DNA from: Gammaproteobacteria bacterium
Lineage (GTDB): Bacteria; Pseudomonadota; Gammaproteobacteria; Natronospirales; REEB76
Reading direction: 5' to 3'
NCBI GenBank assembly: GCA_028871235.1
Contig: JAGWNO010000002.1
Coordinates: forward strand, 1 to 37,598
Length of the DNA stretch: 37,598 nucleotides
The position numbers and the translations under genes were made by a program. Shown here in pieces: positions 28,629 through 37,598 of this stretch (within the stretch, counting starts at the first letter, position 1; every line of letters starts with the position of its first letter). The notes below the pieces were generated by a model. It saw only the letters and a list, made by a program, of their open reading frames with translations, searched no databases and was not told the DNA's origin.

Positions 28629-29767
28629 AACGCCTTACTATTCTCACGGCACTTGCACTGCTGCTTGCCGGCTGTCTCAAGAGCAATGTGGAGCCACCGG
28701 CACCGCTCACCAAATTCACGCCGAAACTGAAGGTAGAGCGGCTCTGGAGCCGTTCCATCGGCGGTGCGGATGCCATCCTGCGCCTTGGCATCGTCCCGGC
28801 GAGTGATGGCAACCGCGTGTATGCGGCTGCCCACAATGGCGATATTTACGCCTATGCGTTGGAAGATGGAAACCAACGCTGGCAGGTGAGCACGGATCTG
28901 CCGCTGTCCGCTGGCCCCGGTGTGGGCGACGGTATCGTGGTGGTGGGCGCCACCGACGGCAACGTGTTGGCGCTGGATGCCGCGAGCGGCAAGAAGCTCT
29001 GGCAGGTGAATATCAATGGCGAGATACTGGCAAGTCCCGCCGTCAGCCAGACAGCGGTGATCGTGCGCACCACCGATGGCCGGCTCATGGATCTGTCGCC
29101 GGAATCCGGGCAGAAACTCTGGAGTATTTCCCGCGAGATGCCGCGTCTCACCCTGCGCGGCGCTTCCACCCCGGTCATCGCCGGGGGCATGGTGCTGGAT
29201 GGGCAGAACAGCGGCAAGTTGTTGGCCGTCAATCTGACCGACGGCAGCCAACGCTGGGAAGCCACTATCGGCACACCTTCCGGCAGTAATGAACTGGCGC
29301 GGCTCGCCGACCTGAACGGCGCACTGGCAGTGGATAGTGACAACGTCTTTGCCGTGACTTACCAGGGGCAGATCGCCGACGTATTGCGGGAGAGCGGACA
29401 GCGGCTGTGGTCCAGGGAGATGTCCAGCTACACCGGCGTGAGCGAGGACGCTACACACGTATATGTGAGCGATATCCACAGCGAGGTATGGGCGCTGGAC
29501 AAGACCACCGGCGTACCGGTATGGACCCAGCCGGCCATGCGCGCCCGTGATCTGACGCTGCCGGTTCCGTATCTTGACACGGTGGTGGCCGGTGATTTGC
29601 AGGGTTATCTGCAATTCATGTCCAAGTCCGATGGCAGCATCGTGGCGCGCACGCAGCTCGGCAGCGATCCGATCCTGGCGCCGCCCATCGTGGTGAACGG
29701 TATCCTCGTGGTGTTGACCACTGGCGGCGACCTGGCTGCATATAAAGCGGTGCCGCTCAGCCAGTAA
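28625..29767 (+). CDS. bamB: Outer membrane protein assembly factor BamB (PQQ-like beta-propeller lipoprotein)
   Basis: 380 aa. Its GTG start overlaps the yfgM stop. It has the lipobox LLAGC and repeated ...DG.L.ALD..TGK.LW propeller blades. Confidence 0.9.
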   Translation: MKRLTILTALALLLAGCLKSNVEPPAPLTKFTPKLKVERLWSRSIGGADAILRLGIVPASDGNRVYAAAHNGDIYAYALEDGNQRWQVSTDLPLSAGPGVGDGIVVVGATDGNVLALDAASGKKLWQVNINGEILASPAVSQTAVIVRTTDGRLMDLSPESGQKLWSISREMPRLTLRGASTPVIAGGMVLDGQNSGKLLAVNLTDGSQRWEATIGTPSGSNELARLADLNGALAVDSDNVFAVTYQGQIADVLRESGQRLWSREMSSYTGVSEDATHVYVSDIHSEVWALDKTTGVPVWTQPAMRARDLTLPVPYLDTVVAGDLQGYLQFMSKSDGSIVARTQLGSDPILAPPIVVNGILVVLTTGGDLAAYKAVPLSQ

Positions 29768-29928
29768 AACCGGAATTATCTTGTCATATGGCTGTGCGAA
29801 TGCGCGCCAGGTTTCTCTGGTCGGTCCGCGATCCGCGAGGCACCGGAATAAACATGATTCCAATATCTGAAGATGCCGGACAGGTTATCAACGCCAGCAG
29901 AGAACCATGGGGCGATTCCTGAGACGCT

Positions 29929-31323
29929 ATGCTGCCAGTCATCGCCCTGGTCGGTCGCCCCAACGTTGGCAAATCCACGCTGTTCAACCTGCTGACGCGC
30001 TCCCGTGACGCGCTGGTCGCCGACGTACCGGGATTGACCCGCGATCGCCAGTATGGATTCGGCAAGCTCGGGCCGCGTCCCTATGTGGTGGTGGATACCG
30101 GCGGGCTGGACGGCAGCGATACCGGGATCATGGGTCTCATGGCAAAACAGACCCTCAAGGCCTTCGCGGAGGCTGACGCCGCCATCCTGCTGGTGGACGG
30201 TCGCGCCGGGCTCACCGCCGCCGATCAGAGCATCGCTCAACAACTGCGCCGCGCCGGCAAACCGCTGTATGTCGCCGTCAATAAAACAGAAGGCATGATG
30301 TCGGATATGATCACCGGTGAATTCCACGCGCTCGGACTCGGCGAACCGCAGGCCATCGCCGCCGCCCATGGCAGCGGCGTGGGGGATCTTATCGAGTTGG
30401 TATTGGCGGCCTTGCCGCCCGATAGCGATGCGCCGGCCGCGACCGACCAGCGCACCCACGTAGCCGTGATCGGCCGGCCGAACGTGGGAAAATCCACGCT
30501 CATCAACCGTCTTTTGGGGGAAGAACGCCTGGTAACTTATGATGAACCCGGCACCACCCGCGACAGCATCTTCGTGCCCTTCGAACGTGACGGCCACGCT
30601 TACACGCTGATCGACACCGCCGGCGTGCGCCGCCGCGCGCGGGTGCATGAAGCCGTCGAGAAGTTCAGCGTCATAAAGACGCTGCAGGCCATCGATCGTG
30701 CCCAGGTGGTGATCGTGCTGCTGGACGCCAGTGAAGGCGTGGCGGAGCAGGACGCCTCGCTGCTTGGCCTCGCCCTGGATCGGGGCCGGGCGCTGGTGAT
30801 CGCGGTGAACAAATGGGACGGCCTCCACAAGGATCAGCGTGACAACACCCGCCGCCTCATCGACGTGAAATTGCCGTTCCTGGATTTCGTGCGGCTGCAT
30901 TTCATCTCGGCACTGCACGGTACCGCCATCGGCGATGTCATGGCTTCGGTGGATGAGGCTCACGCCGCCGCCAACCGCGAGATGGCCACGCCGGACCTGA
31001 CGCGGGTGCTGGAGTCGGCAGTAGTGCAACACCAGCCGCCGCTGGTGCGTGGCCGGCGCATCCGGTTGCGTTACGCCCACCAGGGTGGACGCAATCCGCC
31101 GGTGATCGTGATTCACGGCAACCAGACCGAGGAAGTGCCGGACGCCTACCGCCGTTACCTGGAGGGCACTTTCCGCAAGGCCTTCGATCTCTACGGCACG
31201 CCGGTGCGCATCGAGTTTCGCACCGGCAGGAATCCCTACGCGGAGCGGCGCAAAAAACTCACTCCCAAGAAGGCCATGATCGCCCGCCGCCAGCGGCGTA
31301 TCCAGAAGAAGAAAAAGAAATAA
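29929..31323 (+). CDS. der: Ribosome biogenesis GTPase Der (EngA), tandem GTPase domains
   Basis: 464 aa with two P-loops (GRPNVGKST twice), DTGG/DTAG and NKTE/NKWD motifs, plus a KH-like lysine-rich C-terminus. Confidence 0.95.
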   Translation: MLPVIALVGRPNVGKSTLFNLLTRSRDALVADVPGLTRDRQYGFGKLGPRPYVVVDTGGLDGSDTGIMGLMAKQTLKAFAEADAAILLVDGRAGLTAADQSIAQQLRRAGKPLYVAVNKTEGMMSDMITGEFHALGLGEPQAIAAAHGSGVGDLIELVLAALPPDSDAPAATDQRTHVAVIGRPNVGKSTLINRLLGEERLVTYDEPGTTRDSIFVPFERDGHAYTLIDTAGVRRRARVHEAVEKFSVIKTLQAIDRAQVVIVLLDASEGVAEQDASLLGLALDRGRALVIAVNKWDGLHKDQRDNTRRLIDVKLPFLDFVRLHFISALHGTAIGDVMASVDEAHAAANREMATPDLTRVLESAVVQHQPPLVRGRRIRLRYAHQGGRNPPVIVIHGNQTEEVPDAYRRYLEGTFRKAFDLYGTPVRIEFRTGRNPYAERRKKLTPKKAMIARRQRRIQKKKKK

Positions 31324-31428
31324 CGCGGGATTTAAGCCACCGTACCGTACATGCAGCGGCCACCACGGCTCGCGGTCATTACCAGGTGAACGCCCGTCAT
31401 GGGTGCGCGGGAAATCTTGCAGCGTTCC

Positions 31429-31911
31429 TCAATGATCGTGGCCATGCGGTCCATGCACGTGGCCGTGCGTCAGTTCTGTATGTGTCGCCGCGCGCACTTC
31501 AACCACCGCCACTTCGAAGTTCAGCGTCTTGCCCGCCAGCGGATGGTTGGCATCCACGGTGACATGGTCTTTATCCACCGTGGTTACCGTCAGCGTGTGC
31601 GCGCCGTGCTCGCCTTCGGCGCGAAAGCGCATACCGGGTTTGATTTCATGGGCCGAGTCGAAGCTCTTGCGTGGCACTACCTGGGTCAGGGATTCATTGC
31701 GCGGACCGTAGGCTTTCTCCGGTGGTACCGTCACTTTGACCTGATCGCCGGTTTGCTTGCCTTCCAGCGCATCCTCCAGGCCCGGGATGATATTACCGGC
31801 TCCGTGCAGGTAGGCGAGGGGCGCCTGACCCTTGGAGCTGTCGATCACGGCGCCGTCCTTGTCCGTGAGGGTGTAGTCAATGGAGACCACGGTATCTTTG
31901 GCGATGCGCAT
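31429..31911 (-). CDS. slyD: FKBP-type peptidyl-prolyl cis-trans isomerase SlyD with His-rich tail
   Basis: 160 aa starting MRIAKDTVVSIDYTLTDKDG, with an IF-domain insert and the C-terminal HGHVHGPHGHDH. Confidence 0.9.
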   Translation of the reverse strand: MRIAKDTVVSIDYTLTDKDGAVIDSSKGQAPLAYLHGAGNIIPGLEDALEGKQTGDQVKVTVPPEKAYGPRNESLTQVVPRKSFDSAHEIKPGMRFRAEGEHGAHTLTVTTVDKDHVTVDANHPLAGKTLNFEVAVVEVRAATHTELTHGHVHGPHGHDH

Positions 31912-32052
31912 GGAAGGGGGCCCTGTGGATAAATAAAGGGCGGCATTCTACGCTCCTGTACCGGGGCTGACCAGTTGCAGAGCGGTTGCCGTGGGCCAAA
32001 CCTGTGGTTAAAGTCGCTCAGCTGACGGCCGGATAATTTTCAGAGAGGCGGC

Positions 32053-32502
32053 ATGTTTGCCTTAACCGAGACGGTTCGTGGCGAGTACCTGATTTCCACT
32101 GATCCTGTCAGACTCGATCCTGTCGCCATCCATGCGTATCTCACCCGCTCCTATTGGGCGGAAGGTATTCCGCTCGGGACCATCAGACGCGCCTTGCAGA
32201 ATTCACTGTGTTTCGGTCTTTATCACCATAACTCACAGGTGGGGCTGGCGCGGGTGATCACGGATTATGCCACCTTCGCTTACCTGTGCGATGTGTATGT
32301 GCTGGAAACTCATCGCGGAAAATCGCTGGGCAAGTGGCTGATGGAGTGTGTCACGCGGCATCCCGGACTCGGCAACCTGCGCCGCTTCTCGCTGGCGACC
32401 CGGGACGCGCATGGCTTCTACAGACGATTCGGGTTTGAACCGCTGACGAGGCCCGGGCGGGTCATGGAGATACGCAATGACAATGCCTATAAAGAACAAT
32501 AG
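32053..32502 (+). CDS. GNAT family N-acetyltransferase
   Basis: 149 aa with an acetyl-CoA binding-type motif (VLETHRGKSLGKWLME) and the C-terminal FYRRFGFEP. Confidence 0.8.
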   Translation: MFALTETVRGEYLISTDPVRLDPVAIHAYLTRSYWAEGIPLGTIRRALQNSLCFGLYHHNSQVGLARVITDYATFAYLCDVYVLETHRGKSLGKWLMECVTRHPGLGNLRRFSLATRDAHGFYRRFGFEPLTRPGRVMEIRNDNAYKEQ

Positions 32503-32514
32503 ACCGGAGTATTC

Positions 32515-33387
32515 ATGAAATATCAGAAGGTAATCAATCGCATTGGAATCCCGCTTGCAGCAGGTCTGCTGGCAGTCTGCATGAACACATTGGCGGTGCT
32601 CAACGCTGCGCCGTTTGCCTTGCATAAATCATATCGCCCAAGTCATGTCGTCGTGGTTATTGAGGAGAACAAGTCATTTTCCACCATCATCGGCAACCGT
32701 GATGCACCGTACCTCAATCAGCTGGTGAAACAGGGAATGTTGTTTACCGACGCCCACGGCGTGATGCATCCCAGCCAGCCGAACTACGTGGCCCTCTTCT
32801 CTGGCAGCACCCAGGGGCTCACGGATGACTCCTGTCCGCACGAGTTCAATGGTCCCAACCTGGCTAGTGCATTGCTGGCGAAGAAACTCAGCTTCGCCAT
32901 TTATTCCGAAGATATGCCTGCCATAGGGTTCAACGGATGCTCAGGAAGAGGGGGGTTATACCGGCGAAAACACAACCCCGTGGTGAATTGGCAAGCCTCG
33001 GGTTTACCGGCTTCGCTCAACCGGCCATTCAGCGGCTTTCCCCGGGATTATTCCAACTTGCCCACGGTGGCGTTGGTGATTCCGAACATGATGAACGACA
33101 TGCACGACGGCAGTATCTCCCGGGGTGATGCCTGGCTGAAACAGCATCTGGATGGCTACGCGCAGTGGGCCAGGCATCACAACAGCCTGCTGATCGTCAC
33201 CTGGGATGAAAGCGACGCCCGCAGCCTCGCCAACCAGATTCCATTGATCGTGGTGGGCGCGCACGTAAAGCCGGGCCGTAACGATACCTACCTGGATCAT
33301 TACGGGTTGCTGCGTACGATTGAGGATATTTACGGCCTGCCGCCCCTGGGCAAGAGCGCCGAGAGGCAGAAGGCTGTGCTTTTCTGA
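32515..33387 (+). CDS. Secreted phosphoesterase-family protein (acid phosphatase / PLC-like superfamily)
   Basis: 290 aa with a signal peptide. Motifs are VVVVIEENKSF, HPSQPNYVALFSG, RKHNP, NDMHDG and VTWDESD, characteristic of the Phosphoesterase (AcpA/PLC) family. Confidence 0.75.
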   Translation: MKYQKVINRIGIPLAAGLLAVCMNTLAVLNAAPFALHKSYRPSHVVVVIEENKSFSTIIGNRDAPYLNQLVKQGMLFTDAHGVMHPSQPNYVALFSGSTQGLTDDSCPHEFNGPNLASALLAKKLSFAIYSEDMPAIGFNGCSGRGGLYRRKHNPVVNWQASGLPASLNRPFSGFPRDYSNLPTVALVIPNMMNDMHDGSISRGDAWLKQHLDGYAQWARHHNSLLIVTWDESDARSLANQIPLIVVGAHVKPGRNDTYLDHYGLLRTIEDIYGLPPLGKSAERQKAVLF

Positions 33388-33394
33388 TCCACAG

Positions 33395-36370
33395 CTACTG
33401 GTTCGTCTGCCGGGCTATGCCCAGAACACTGAAGTTCAGGATGGCGTTGAACACCAGCGGGTAGCTGCCGATGGTCTCGCCGCGCCATATGGGGTTGCTG
33501 GCGAACAGCACCACATGACCCTTGCCGTAACTGGCATCCACCACCAGCGGCCGGCCGGCCAGTTCCTGGCCGTTCTGCAGCAGTCCCGATACCAGCAGTG
33601 CCTTCGCATCCGCGTAACGCAGGATGACGCGTGGACGTTGTCCTGCAGGAATCACCAAGGGGTTGTTGCGCATCTGGTCTGCATTCAACGGCAACGCCTG
33701 CCAGGGTTTTGCGGAAGGCAGCGGTGCCGGCGCCACATAGGGGCGTCCCTGCGGCACGTCGGGATCGCTGATGCCGCCGCGGCCGGTGGCACGCTGGTAG
33801 TCCTCGGCGTTGGGCAGGCCGTCGCTGCCGGTGACGAGATTGCTCACTGTGAAGCTCATGCCGTCGGCGCTGTACACAGACAGAGCGGTGGCATAGCCGT
33901 AGGCGATGGGATCCGCGCTGTCCACGAAGTCCGCGCGCAGCACGCTGCCCGCCACCCGCAGGTTCTGGGCGGGTGCAATCGATACGCCCGGCGCGAAGCC
34001 TTCATCGATCGCGAATTTTGCCGTGTCTTGTGAGGCGAGCAGCACGCCACCCTGCTGCAGGAACTGCTGCAGGTGAGCGAGGCCGTTGAAGCCCAGGCCG
34101 GGGCGGATGTCATCGGTGGAATCGATGTGGCCGATGTTGGGGGTGAGCTTGCTGGACCGCCACGGCAAGGCATTGCCCCACAGGGGCAGGCCGTTGACGA
34201 TGAGCTGCGTGCTGTTGTAGCCGATGGGGCCGAACAGGATCACGTCATATTTGCGCCTGAGATCATCCTCGCGCGCCACGTCCTGGGTGCTGATGTAGGC
34301 ATAGGGCACCTGCAGCTTGTCCAGCGCCATGCGCCACCAGCCTTCCGTCTGGGTGTCCAGCCAGGTGTGCATGATGGCGATACGCGGCACGCCGATACGG
34401 TGTTTCGCCACATCCGGTGCATCCACGACCGCGTACGCTTCGAGCCCCAGGTCGGCGGCGGTCTTGTCCAGTCTGCCGCGGCTCACGTTGCGGACGATGA
34501 AGCTGCCGCGATTGAAGTGCCGGCCGGCACGGTCGAAGGCGGCTTCAGCAATATCGATATACGCATCTTTAAGCCGGTAGCGCAGGGTGATAAGGGCGGC
34601 ATCGGCGTTGTTGTTGATGAGGAAAATCCTGCCGCTGCCGTGCACCCCGCCGGGGGCCCGGATCTGATCCGCGGCCTGCTGCATGGGTGCCTTGAGGATG
34701 CCGGTGTCCATCACCCGCACCACTTCCGTGTCGAACAGGGCGCCGAGCGTCCAGCCGGTATCGTCATAGGGATGTTTCTGCGGATCGTCAGGCGCCCAGT
34801 ACTGGTGGTCAAGCAGCGCATCGGCGATGCGGCTGTAGGGCTGGTCCATGCGCACGATGTAGCTGCCCACCGGGAAAGTCCGGGTGCGGCTTGGGGGATG
34901 CGCATCCAGCGGGCCCGGCTCGGTGGCGAGTATGACTGTGAAGGCCTGGGTAGCGCGCTGGATCTCGCAATGCTGCAATTGCAGGATGCGCAGCAGCGCG
35001 GCCTGGGCGCCGGGGCGCGGGTCATCGCCGGGCAGCACATAGGCCGCCGGACCGGCGTTGTACGGTTTCTCGATGGAGCGCTTGCTCTTCAGGTAGAAAT
35101 CCGTCAGGAACAGCCGGCCGTTGTGGGAAAAATAATCCAGGGCCGTGAGCAGACCGGTCTGTTCATAGTTGTTATTGTCGCGCTGCGACCACAGCACCCT
35201 GGGATACGGCGGGTTTTGCCGGTACCAGGTGCGGGAGTACTCATCGGGATTGAGGATGCGCGCCACTGTGTCAGCGCCATCGTTGCCGAAGGTCTCGTAC
35301 AGGCGGCTGATGCCGTTGTGGGTGGCAGCGATGAACATCAGGTAGCCCGGGCTCCAAGTATCGAAATCGCCGTGGGTGAATACCCCCGGCATGCCGAACT
35401 TGGTCATGCGCTGCACATTGTCCCAGCCGAGTTGCTGCCATTCATTGGCGAGCAGAGGGTCCACCCAGGCGTTGTAAGGGCCATCGCCCACGGTGTTGTC
35501 GTACAGGAACGGCACCGATTCGTGCAGGTCATGCAGCACCTGGGCGTGCCAGCCTATGTAAGTGTTAAGTACGTTGCGGGTGAGATTGAGCGTCAGCGTC
35601 ATGGCGTCGCGGTTGTTGTCGTGGGCCACGTAATGGCCCCAGTACATGAGCGGCGGCCAGTTTTCATCCGGGTGGGCGCGGTGCCAGTTATAGATATCCA
35701 CCATGCGGTCGCGGCCGTCGGCCTCGACGATGGGGGTGATGAGCGTGATGACGTGGCTGCGGATGTACCTTATATAGGGGCTGTCATCCACCGCCAGGCG
35801 GTAAGCCAGTTCCATGAGTGCTGTGGGCGCACCGGTCTCGGTGGAGTGGATGGTGCCGGTGATGTAATACACCGGCGTGGACGCGCCCACCAGTTTCGCG
35901 GCGGTGACATCGTTCATGCCGATGCTGCGCGGATCCGCCAGTTTGGCGAGCCGCGCGTCGTTATCCTTGAGATTGGCGAGGAGGGATGCATCCGCCACTG
36001 CCACGGCGATCATTTCACGGCCTTCCTCGCTGTGGCCGATGCTGAATACCTTTACCCGCGGGCTGTTCTCCGCCAGCAGGCGAAAGTAGCGGTACACCTC
36101 CTTGGAATAAGGCAGCATGTTGGGTGCCCCGGCCACGTCGCCCAGCACCACGGCGGGTGTCGGCACGGTGGCGGAGGCGGGCAGGTAATCGGTGAGCGGT
36201 GAGTTGAAGGCCGGATCGGTGGTGTATTGCCGGATTTTCTGTGTGTAAGCCCGGTCAACAGGCTGGCTCGGATCACGGGCATGACCGCCATCGGCGAAAA
36301 CGCTGCCAGTGCCGATGCCGGTGATGCCACAGAACAGCAGGCAAAGACTCTTCCGGACCAGGCGTCTCAT
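33395..36370 (-). CDS. Large secreted M14-family (carboxypeptidase-like) metallopeptidase domain protein
   Basis: 991 aa from the ATG at 36370. That start has a GAGGGAG SD and the signal peptide MRRLVRKSLCLLFCGITGIGTGSVFA. M14-like motifs include GTIHSTETG (HxxE), AHDNNRD and LHDLHES. The long C-terminal region has unknown function. The antisense 709-aa track ORF is rejected. Confidence 0.75.
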   Translation of the reverse strand: MRRLVRKSLCLLFCGITGIGTGSVFADGGHARDPSQPVDRAYTQKIRQYTTDPAFNSPLTDYLPASATVPTPAVVLGDVAGAPNMLPYSKEVYRYFRLLAENSPRVKVFSIGHSEEGREMIAVAVADASLLANLKDNDARLAKLADPRSIGMNDVTAAKLVGASTPVYYITGTIHSTETGAPTALMELAYRLAVDDSPYIRYIRSHVITLITPIVEADGRDRMVDIYNWHRAHPDENWPPLMYWGHYVAHDNNRDAMTLTLNLTRNVLNTYIGWHAQVLHDLHESVPFLYDNTVGDGPYNAWVDPLLANEWQQLGWDNVQRMTKFGMPGVFTHGDFDTWSPGYLMFIAATHNGISRLYETFGNDGADTVARILNPDEYSRTWYRQNPPYPRVLWSQRDNNNYEQTGLLTALDYFSHNGRLFLTDFYLKSKRSIEKPYNAGPAAYVLPGDDPRPGAQAALLRILQLQHCEIQRATQAFTVILATEPGPLDAHPPSRTRTFPVGSYIVRMDQPYSRIADALLDHQYWAPDDPQKHPYDDTGWTLGALFDTEVVRVMDTGILKAPMQQAADQIRAPGGVHGSGRIFLINNNADAALITLRYRLKDAYIDIAEAAFDRAGRHFNRGSFIVRNVSRGRLDKTAADLGLEAYAVVDAPDVAKHRIGVPRIAIMHTWLDTQTEGWWRMALDKLQVPYAYISTQDVAREDDLRRKYDVILFGPIGYNSTQLIVNGLPLWGNALPWRSSKLTPNIGHIDSTDDIRPGLGFNGLAHLQQFLQQGGVLLASQDTAKFAIDEGFAPGVSIAPAQNLRVAGSVLRADFVDSADPIAYGYATALSVYSADGMSFTVSNLVTGSDGLPNAEDYQRATGRGGISDPDVPQGRPYVAPAPLPSAKPWQALPLNADQMRNNPLVIPAGQRPRVILRYADAKALLVSGLLQNGQELAGRPLVVDASYGKGHVVLFASNPIWRGETIGSYPLVFNAILNFSVLGIARQTNQ

Positions 36371-36457
36371 GGCGCTCCCTCGAAGTAAAGATGGGGAATG
36401 GCGGTTCAGGCACGGACAGCCTATACGGTGTTCCACCGGCTGTCACTGATTTTGCAG

Positions 36458-37228
36458 TCAATCCGCGAATGCGTAGGCATCCATGGCGAGGCTGCGATCG
36501 AAGCTGGCATGCAGGCGCGTGGCTTTGCGGCCACCGGCGCCCACTGCCACCAACAGCGGCAGGAAGTGCTCCTCGGTGGGGTGATTGCGGGCGGCGTCCG
36601 GGGCACGCGTACGGTAGTGACGCAACGCTTCCCGGTCGTCACGGCTGAGCGTGTCATGCAACCAGTCGGCGAAGGCCTGATATACGCCGGTGCCGTCGGC
36701 GGAAGCGTGGAAGTATTCCCGCAGGTTATGGGTAGCGCCGCCGCTGCCGATGATAAGCACGCCCTGCTCACGCAGCGGCGCCAGTGCCTCGCCGAGTTTC
36801 AGATGGTGGGCAGGGCCCAGCGGCGTTTGCAGTGAGAGTTGCAGCACCGGGATATCCACCTGCGGAAACATGAGCAACAGTGGCACCCAGGCGCCATGAT
36901 CCAGGCCACGGATTGGATCCACGCTGGCCGCTGGATTAAGCAGCATTGCTGCTTGCTTCGCAAGCGCATGGTTTCCGGATGCCGGATAACGCAACTCGTA
37001 CAACGGCTCGGGAAAGCCGTAAAAATCGTGGATGGTGTCCGGATGTTCCGCGCCCGTGATACGTGGTGTGGCGGTTTCCCAGTGGGCGGACACCACCAGA
37101 ATGGCTTCTGGCCGCGGTAGTGAGGCACCCAGGCTTTTGAGGAAGCCATGCGCCGGGTTGGATGCGTCCAACGCCAGCATCGGGGAGCCATGGGAGACGA
37201 ACAGAGTCGGTAATGTGCTCATGGACAT
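36458..37228 (-). CDS. Class III extradiol ring-cleavage dioxygenase (LigB superfamily, 4,5-DOPA dioxygenase / YgiD-like)
   Basis: It carries PTLFVSHGSPMLAL, SAHWET, DHGAWVPL, IIGSGGATHNL and EEHFLPLLVA, the typical DODA/YgiD motifs. The start is uncertain (TTG 37246, ATG 37228 or ATG 37222). Confidence 0.8.
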   Translation of the reverse strand: MSMSTLPTLFVSHGSPMLALDASNPAHGFLKSLGASLPRPEAILVVSAHWETATPRITGAEHPDTIHDFYGFPEPLYELRYPASGNHALAKQAAMLLNPAASVDPIRGLDHGAWVPLLLMFPQVDIPVLQLSLQTPLGPAHHLKLGEALAPLREQGVLIIGSGGATHNLREYFHASADGTGVYQAFADWLHDTLSRDDREALRHYRTRAPDAARNHPTEEHFLPLLVAVGAGGRKATRLHASFDRSLAMDAYAFAD

Positions 37229-37406
37229 ACTGTGGGACGTTGCCAAGGCATATTCAAGCCCGTAAGCGCCAGCCTGCGACCTGTATCCGCGGGCGCTTGA
37301 TCAGCGACGCGGATCCAATAACGTATGACCGCGCACTTTATGATTATTCCAGATGGCGGACACAAAAAGCGTGCCCATATTGCCGCTTGATTAACACGAT
37401 TTTTAC

Positions 37407-37422
37407 CGCTATATATATAGCG
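37407..37422. promoter_or_regulatory. Perfect 16-bp AT-cored palindrome, candidate operator or promoter element
   Basis: CGCTATATATATAGCG lies in a lower-GC intergenic stretch, about 118 nt upstream of the ATG at 37540. Confidence 0.3.
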
Positions 37423-37539
37423 TACAGGTGATATATTCACGAAGCGCTGACCGCATCCCTGTAGCAAGCCGCATTCAGACAGAAGATAAGGGAGTTATTC
37501 CGCACCCTTGCGGTGCATACGAGTACAAGGAGCACACTC

Positions 37540-37598
37540 ATGAAACCGCTACATAGCTCTCGCAGCCTTACGACCATTGTTTTCTTTATTTTCACTTG
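37540..37598 (+). CDS. 5' end of an unidentified gene, truncated by the window edge; hydrophobic N-terminus
   Basis: The ATG is preceded by AAGGAG with a 7-nt spacer. Translation is MKPLHSSRSLTTIVFFIFT..., which is signal- or TM-like. Only 19 codons are visible. Confidence 0.35.
   Translation, partial: MKPLHSSRSLTTIVFFIFT

Noticed and set aside
34073-36202. 709-aa plus-strand ORF. Other very long antisense ORFs of the same kind are 3734-4846, 9013-10116, 12164-13294, 15524-16624, 16700-17599, 19972-21189, 21101-22051, 26367-27623, 28508-29863 and 29776-31116.
   Set aside because: Each lies antisense to a gene with unmistakable family motifs (the M14-like protein, dcp, dsbC, queA, secD, secF, the desulfurases, hisS, bamB and der). 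Their translations are low-complexity Arg/Ala/Gly/His-rich strings. They are stop-codon-poor antisense frames typical of high-GC DNA.
36371-36436. Upstream extension of the M14-like ORF to the track start at 36436 (MEHRIGCPCLNRHSPSLLRGSA...).
   Set aside because: The internal ATG at 36370 has a GAGGGAG SD and yields a classical signal peptide immediately. The 22-codon extension has neither feature.

Overview
This window is high-GC proteobacterial chromosomal backbone, not an obvious accessory island. About 45 genes are packed tightly, several with ATGA/GTGA start-stop overlaps. From memory, the gene order matches a conserved gammaproteobacterial arrangement seen in E. coli and Pseudomonas. 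The order is cbpA-cbpM, dcp, xerD-dsbC, fdxA, tRNA-Leu, queA-tgt-yajC-secD-secF, suhB, trmJ, an ISC-type Fe-S cluster locus, then ndk-rlmN-pilW-rodZ-hisS-yfgM-bamB-der and slyD. The right end holds a more accessory-looking set: a GNAT acetyltransferase, a secreted phosphoesterase, a 991-aa M14-like peptidase and a DODA-type dioxygenase. I found no rRNA, CRISPR array, transposase, phage integrase or recognisable defence or toxin system, and I do not claim a clearly novel multi-gene system. The points worth a second look are departures from the conserved backbone. (1) The ISC locus is remodelled: two tandem cysteine desulfurases, no iscR/hscBA/fdx, and an IscU homologue that has lost four of the five canonical cluster-ligand or catalytic residues. 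(2) A diverged copy of the 5' half of tRNA-Leu(CAA) sits 369 nt upstream of the intact tRNA, across a low-GC, helix-rich non-coding spacer. (3) A roughly 300-bp nested-palindrome element lies between secF and suhB. (4) Two textbook-quality regulator boxes are present: an FNR-type class II promoter for a pseudoazurin gene and a CRP-type box. (5) ispG is absent between rodZ and hisS. The ORF track uses ATG, GTG and TTG starts and reports many long antisense ORFs that are high-GC artefacts. All family assignments come from reading motifs by eye; no searches were run.
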